A DNA stretch of 63,971 bases, the filler included, from Reclinomonas americana ATCC 50394 (taxonomy: Eukaryota), in the NCBI GenBank assembly GCA_048213135.1. It is 9 parts of 9 records of this genome, joined end to end, with 100 filler letters (N's around TTAATTAATTAA, not from the genome) between each part and the next. Parts side by side here need not be neighbours in the genome. Positions count along the whole stretch, not along the records: positions 48,835 to 60,083 come from AFZH01018435.1; positions 60,184 to 63,971 come from AFZH01018437.1; 7 more parts are not named here. One strand, written 5' to 3'. The notes beneath the pieces were generated by a model, which saw only the letters and a program-made list of their open reading frames with translations, was not told where the DNA came from and searched no databases. Shown here piece by piece: positions 58,201 to 63,971 of this stretch (position 1 is the stretch's first letter; each line of letters opens with the position of its first letter). The position numbers and the translations under genes are program-made.

Positions 58201-58854
58201 GGAAGTGTGCCAGTTCGAGGCAGTGGATCGACCTGGTGGCACGATCCTGGCTGTGATGCCGTCTATTGCAAGCGAGGTCGGATGCTGCGAAATGTGCGAT
58301 CTGTACTCACAGTGTCGATCGTGGACATTCCTGGATGCTGCTGCGGCATCGAACACATCTGGAGCAAGTGTGTGCACACTGAAGGCACGTTGTCGAGAGA
58401 GGAGGGAGATTGTGAGGGGAGTGATGGGCTCATCTTCTCGTCGCATGCAGAGCACCGTGCCAGCAGCAGCAGCCAATGCAGAGACCAGCAATGTGTGTGG
58501 CTCCCATTTCTGCTTGGTGTCGGGACGCAAGACGAGTGCGGCTGCGTACGACAGCAGCGGGTTCCAGACCAGCACGGGTAAGTTGCTGGAATGCTCTTCG
58601 CTCAGATGAAGGAGAATAGTAACTGATGTGGCTTGCTAAATGCAGACCGACCTGGCGGCGATCTCACGTGGGCCATCACCACCACGAGTGGACCACAAGC
58701 ATGCTCGCTGTGGTGCTCTCAGTTGACCGCCTGCGGATCATGGACATTCACGGCGTCGACAAGGCAGTGTGTGCCGAAGAGCGGCGTGGTGGCCACGTCG
58801 ACGGCGACTGCGTGTGCGATGAGTGGGGACTGCACGTCGGGGTTGAAGATATGA
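52210..58854 (+). CDS. Secreted NHL-propeller / FN3-like / cadherin-like / PAN-apple protein, copy 2
   Basis: Same architecture as copy 1, plus one extra cadherin-like exon at about 56921-57202. Ends CTSGLKI-TGA. Confidence 0.85.
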
Positions 58855-59376
58855 GTGAAGGTGCTTGCCGCGAACCGAAACCAACCATCGCAAAACTTAC
58901 AGCAGCAAAACAGATTTTGGTGCAGTGGCACAACTGTGTGAGACTACGCCCTCCACTCATCATGTTCTGGCAGGGATCTTTCGTCTCGGTACGATGACGA
59001 ACTCAAGCTTGGCAGCAGTTCACTAGTTGTCGAAGCTGCGAATGTCGATGCATCAGTAACCGCTGCTGTGGGCTTGTGTTGATCATGATGGTGTAACGTG
59101 GCACGCAAGCGCTACAACTGGCGATCGATATCGATTGCTACTCTATTATTTGCTTGGTCACTGAGATTGGTTTGTTGGTGTATGATTTTTTTGTACTTGG
59201 GACATTGCCAATATTTCGAGCGTGACTCATCGCCGAGAGCCGCTCCACTCTTAACCATCAACGCGCGCGCGCTCTCACTCTCTCCCCCCCACACACAAGC
59301 GCGTGCGAGTGCGTGTCTGTGCGCTCTCGTGTGTGTGTGTGTGTGTGCGTGACTGCGCGAGAGAGACAGAGAGATC

Positions 59377-59676
59377 ATGAGTCGCCCTGTGGTGGTCACC
59401 ACCAGCGCGCGCGCTCAGTCCTCTCTCGACAGTCACAAGTCGCGCGAGGACATGGCGCGTCCCAGCTCCGTGGCCAGCACACGCTCTGATGCAAGTGGAC
59501 TGTTAGGACGCCGCTCCTCGGCCGCCTTTATCAGTGCAGTGGATCCGCTTCTGTGGGACGTGCTGCGTCGCATGACGGGTGCCGAGGCCGAGATCACTGC
59601 CGAGGATCTGTTGACGCATCCGCTGTTGGGTGATGAGGCGGCGTTTGAGCGGGAACTGTGCGCGCAGTATGGGAAC

Positions 59677-59707
<31 letters not shown>

Positions 59708-59877
59708 GAGAAGGGGAGGAAAAGGCTAGTGGAGAGGGGGTTGGTGGAGAGGAGAAGCTGTCGATCAAGGACTCGTTGCGGAGGTCGTATGCGCTGGTGT
59801 TGCAGGAGTGGCAGCGGTTGATTGCGTGTGCGGATATGATTGCGGAGAAAATCGCAGAGTTTCCCGTGCAGACGCAG
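59377..59877 (+). CDS. First exon of a hypothetical protein (remainder in the gap)
   Basis: 167-codon ORF ending at a CAG|GTGAGT donor, with an acidic tract. Confidence 0.5.
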
Positions 59878-59925
59878 GTGAGTGAAGGAGGGGAGGGTGG
59901 AACAAGGAGAGGGAGGAAAGGGGAA

Positions 59926-59969
<44 letters not shown>

Positions 59970-60183
59970 GGTAAGAAAGAAGAAGAAGAGAGAAGAAGAA
60001 GAAGAAGAGCGAGAGAGACGAGGACGAGACGAGTGTGTGGGGGTGCGTGCGTGCGTGCGTGGTGTGTGTGTGTGTGTGTGTGTNNNNNNNNNNNNNNNNN
60101 NNNNNNNNNNNNNNNNNNNNNNNNNNNTTAATTAATTAANNNNNNNNNNNNNNNNNNNNNNNNNNNNNNNNNNNNNNNNNNNN

Positions 60184-60350
60184 TGAGGGGGAAGGGTGAG
60201 GGTGGGGGGAAGGGAGAGGGGGAAGGGAGAGGGGGAAGGGCGAGGGGAAAGGGTGAGGGGAAAGGGTGAGGGGGGAGGGTGAGGGGGGAGGGTGAGGGGG
60301 GAGGGTGAGGGGGAACGGTGAGGGGGAAGGGTGAGGGGGAAGGGTGAGGG
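60184..60350 (+). repeat. G-rich minisatellite (GGGGGAAGGGTGA)n, about 12-13 nt unit; second patch at about 61397-61445
   Basis: About 13 degenerate tandem units are visible. Confidence 0.85.
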
Positions 60351-60917
60351 AAGACATAGCGAGAAAGAGAAGGAAAGTGGGGAATGAACAGAAGGGACAA
60401 GACATGATTTCAGTGAACAAACGTGGAGGACTTGAAGCTGAGTGAGAGTGCAAGGTAGAGTGGAGAAGGCGATAAGAGAAAGAAAGGAGAAACATGGTGT
60501 GCGGTGAAAGAAGACAAGAGTCCGCAAGGTGCAAGCTCCTTGGTCGCCAACCAGTGGTGCAAACGCACGGGCACACTAAAGCGGACCGGTCACTTGCAAG
60601 TGACGGACAGCGTGCGGCCACAGCGACACGACTCAAAGGTGGAGGCGAGAAACGAAGATACGTTGAGGACTTCATGTCAGTCAGCGAGACTAGTTCACCG
60701 CACTACGAGAGGGGGGAGTTCGAGGACAGAAAAACAGAAAGAAAGCGAGAACGCAAGAACACGCGGTGCGACTCGGAAGCAGGGCTGGCAAGGAAGAGTG
60801 TTTGTGCCCGAACAAGAGGGAATGTAGAGAGGCATATAGAGAGAGAGAGAAAGGGTCCGCGATCGGCAGCAGAAATCGTGTTCGCACGAGTGCACGATGT
60901 GTGTGAACGGCGCTCAC

Positions 60918-63563
60918 CTGGCATGCCAGTCCGCGGCGAATCTTGACCACACCGGTGAACACGCGAGGATTGTTGTAGATTTCGGCCAGTGTGGCAATCG
61001 CCATCACCTGCGGGATGGCGCAGAACCTAAAGATGGCCGGATGGCGCAGCTTGGACAAGTACTCCATGCAGTGCGGAATGTGTCTCAGTGCGTCGGTGAC
61101 CAGTTCGTTCAGGCAGCCGATAGCCTGGTGGGAGGCACACACAGTAAGTGAGTTGCGAGAGTCTCCTTCACGATCTCTCTCTCTCACTCTCTCTCCCACT
61201 GCGAACCAGTGTGGCGTTCTCTGGCTTTGTAAAGTCCTTGATGTTGCGCGCGTACTTGGACCACACGTCGCGCGGCCAGAACATGCGTGTTTGTTGCACA
61301 TCCTCGAGGTAGTCGCGGATAATGTTGGTCTTTTGCAGGAAGAGGCCCATGGAGACGGAGATGTCGCGGGCGTGCTCGAAGGAGGCGTCTGCACACGGGG
61401 GAAGGGAGGGTGAGGGGGAAGGTGAGGGGGAAGGGTGAGGGGAATTTAGGGGAAGAAAAGGGGAAAGGGGAAGAGAAGGAGAAGAGAGGAAGTAAGGAGA
61501 AGACAGGGAGGGTATGGAGGAAGGGTAAGGGGGAAGATAAGGAGAAAGGGTAAGAGGAAGGCTGAGGGGAAGAGGAAGGGAGAGAGGGAGAGAAGGAGAA
61601 GAGAGGAAGGGGAGACAGAGAGAGAGAGGCTGAGCAGAATCGAAAGAAGAACGCCAAGGTGAGGCAGAGAGCATCAGGTAGACACCGTGACAACGAGACT
61701 GTGAGACGAATAAAGAAGAAATAAGAGAAGGAGAGATTGCGAGAGGTGCGTGTGAGACTGAGAGGGGGTGCGTGAGCGAGATACGGACAAAGAGAGATCG
61801 AGAATAAGAGAGAGAGAACAGACTGAGAGACAGTGAGAGAGATGCGCAGAGAGAGACTGAGTCCTCTCTTTTACACACTCTCGTTCTCTCCCATCACAGT
61901 CTCTCTCATTTCCGCCGTCACTTTGTCCGTAACACTCTTCGTTGTCTCATTGCGTGTTATAGAGTGAGGGGCTATTAAGGAGGGTGGGAAACTGCGGTAG
62001 AGAATGCGAGAGACAGTGAGAGAGTGCGAGTGAGGACGTGAGAGATGTGCATGCAGAAAGAAAGAGAGGTACTTAGTGAGAGAGAGTGAGACTGAGAGGC
62101 AGAGCGAGAGAGTGAGTGAGAGACTGAAGGGGAAGAGAGCATGGCGAAAGGAATCTCTACTCTCCTCCCCTCTCCTATTCCCTTCCCTATCTACGCAACG
62201 TTCCAATCCCGACGCCGCAAACATGCGCGACAGGCCGACACCGACCAGACCCGCCACATAGAAGCAGTAATCGTCCCAATCGCCAATCGTGTCCACCTCG
62301 CGCACCAAAAAGATGGCCATTCCCTCGCCCATCTCGCGGCAAATGTCGCGCACCACCGCCTGGTACTCCGGCTTCATGGAGTTGAAGACCTCGGAGACCT
62401 TGTCAAAGTTCTTCATCAGGTCGACGTACTCCTCCTTGTCGCCGTCTGTGGAAATAGAAGAAGGGGAAAGGGGATGTGGTGAGCGGAATGAAGGAGAAGG
62501 AGAACGAGACAAGAGCTGAGAGGTGAAGGAACTGTGGAGAGATAGTGCGGCACGAATAACAGGGAGACAGAGGAGAAGGAGACAGGGCGGCAGCAGAGCA
62601 AGGAGATGCAAGAAAGTGCAGGAGAAGGAGGCAGAGAGAAACATGAACATCACTCGGAAGAAGAAGAGGGAGAGAGCGCAAAATATCAGCCTCGAGTGCA
62701 AGAACATGTGCAAGTGACAGAGGGCAGAGAGATGCAACAGAAAAGATGCAGAGAGGTGAATATCAATCGAAAGAAGGAGAGGGAGAGTGAGACCTGGGCA
62801 TCAGCCTCGAGTGCAAGTCCCACAATGAACATCTGGGAGAGACGTAGCGGACATACACGATGCAAGAATGTGCAAGAGAAAGGGGTCAAGGACAACACGA
62901 ATATCACTCGGGAGAAGGAGTTAGGCCTGAGTATCTCCCTCGATTACAAGGAAGACCCCACAAAGAGCCTGCGCGGGCAGAGGAGAAGGAGAGAGAGAGG
63001 CAGATGCAAGACAAAAGCGAATGCAAGAGAAAGGGGTCAAGGGCAACACGAATATCACTCGGGAGAAGGAGCGAGACCCGAAATATCACCCTCAAGTGCA
63101 AGGAAGACCCCACAAAGAGTCTGTGCGAGTGACAGAGAGAAGGAGAGAGAGTGAGGCAGATGAAAAACAAGCGCAGGTGAAGGAGGCAGAGAGAAACATA
63201 GATATCAATCGGAAGAGGGAGAGGGAAAGTGAGACCTGGGCATCGCCCTCAAGTGCAAGGAAGACCATGCGCGGGAGGCAGAGTAAACAAGACCACGTGT
63301 TCCGAAACAGCAATCCGAACACACATACAAGCAGGCAAACTCACATGGAGGCAACGCCTGCTGCGACTCCAGCTTGGTATACAACGTCCGCAGCAGCGCA
63401 TCGCGATCCGCCGCCGGCACCGTTGTGTCGTCCTCTACGAAGAGAGAGAAAGTGAAACAAACTTGCGTCAGTCACACAGCCAGCGAGACGAGAGGAGAGG
63501 CAAGAGGGGAGGGCACGAACCAACAGTGTCCAGTGCGCGCAACACGAGGTAGAACACGCAAAT
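60918..63563 (-). CDS. FDFT1: Squalene synthase (farnesyl-diphosphate farnesyltransferase), internal exons; termini not located
   Basis: [57 protein letters not shown] and [22 protein letters not shown]. Confidence 0.95.
62600..63270 (+). repeat. Five degenerate 115-150 bp tandem units inside a squalene synthase intron
   Basis: Core AAyATCAmTCGrrAGAAG...CCTCrAGTGCAAG at about 62645, 62759, 62900, 63051 and 63201. Confidence 0.8.
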
Positions 63564-63971
63564 CTGTGGGCGGGCGTGAGTGAGTGAGAAGAGTGGACAT
63601 GATGATGCACACAAGCGCAAAACAAACGCAAAACAAAACAAACGCACACAACGCAGACACCCAAAGCACACACAAGCTCACACACTCTGCCACCAAACGC
63701 ACTCACTTTCTCACACTTTTCGCACACAATTGCACTCTTTCTGCCAAAACACATACTGTGCACACACTCTGACAAAGCAAACGCACACACAGCGCACAAA
63801 CACACAAGAGCACAAGCACTCTCGCACAAAACGCACTCACTTGCACACACTTTCACACACTTTTCGCACACACTTCGACAAATCACGGCACACACACACA
63901 TAAACACACGCGCGCGCACAGCCACGAGCACTCATGCACACAAAGCACACACAGAACGCACACAAAACGCA

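Noticed and set aside
62600..63270. Intronic repeat array as a CRISPR-like array
   Set aside because: The units are long and degenerate, the intervening sequences are related to each other, and no cas genes are present.

Overview
Gene-dense, intron-rich genomic scaffold (high GC) from a microbial eukaryote that I cannot identify. Nine contigs are joined by eight artificial 100-nt spacers (N44-TTAATTAATTAA-N44). I modelled about 24 spliced genes by hand: two F-box/LRR proteins, an R2R3-Myb, a coiled-coil WD40 protein, a GT61 glycosyltransferase, PRKRIP1, a CobB-like sirtuin, a START protein, a CCR4/PDE12-like EEP nuclease, a GFA-PYROXD2 fusion, ERCC8/CSA, DIS3L, a Josephin-like Cys protease, a Macro/pseudo-GTPase/PH multidomain protein, two tandem ~7 kb secreted NHL/cadherin-like/PAN paralogs, squalene synthase and several hypotheticals. 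I saw no rRNA, tRNA, CRISPR array or transposase. The strongest unexplained signal is the splicing code. About 30-35 introns start GTT-NN-GT (mostly GTTGCGT), which is the usual GTNNGT donor with an extra T at +3. DIS3L carries a textbook U12 AT-AC intron plus a second, U2-like AT-AC intron, and about six introns use GC donors. Two ~65-bp bidirectional promoters share an exact 12-mer. All gene models, exon boundaries and counts are manual readings without RNA data or database searches.
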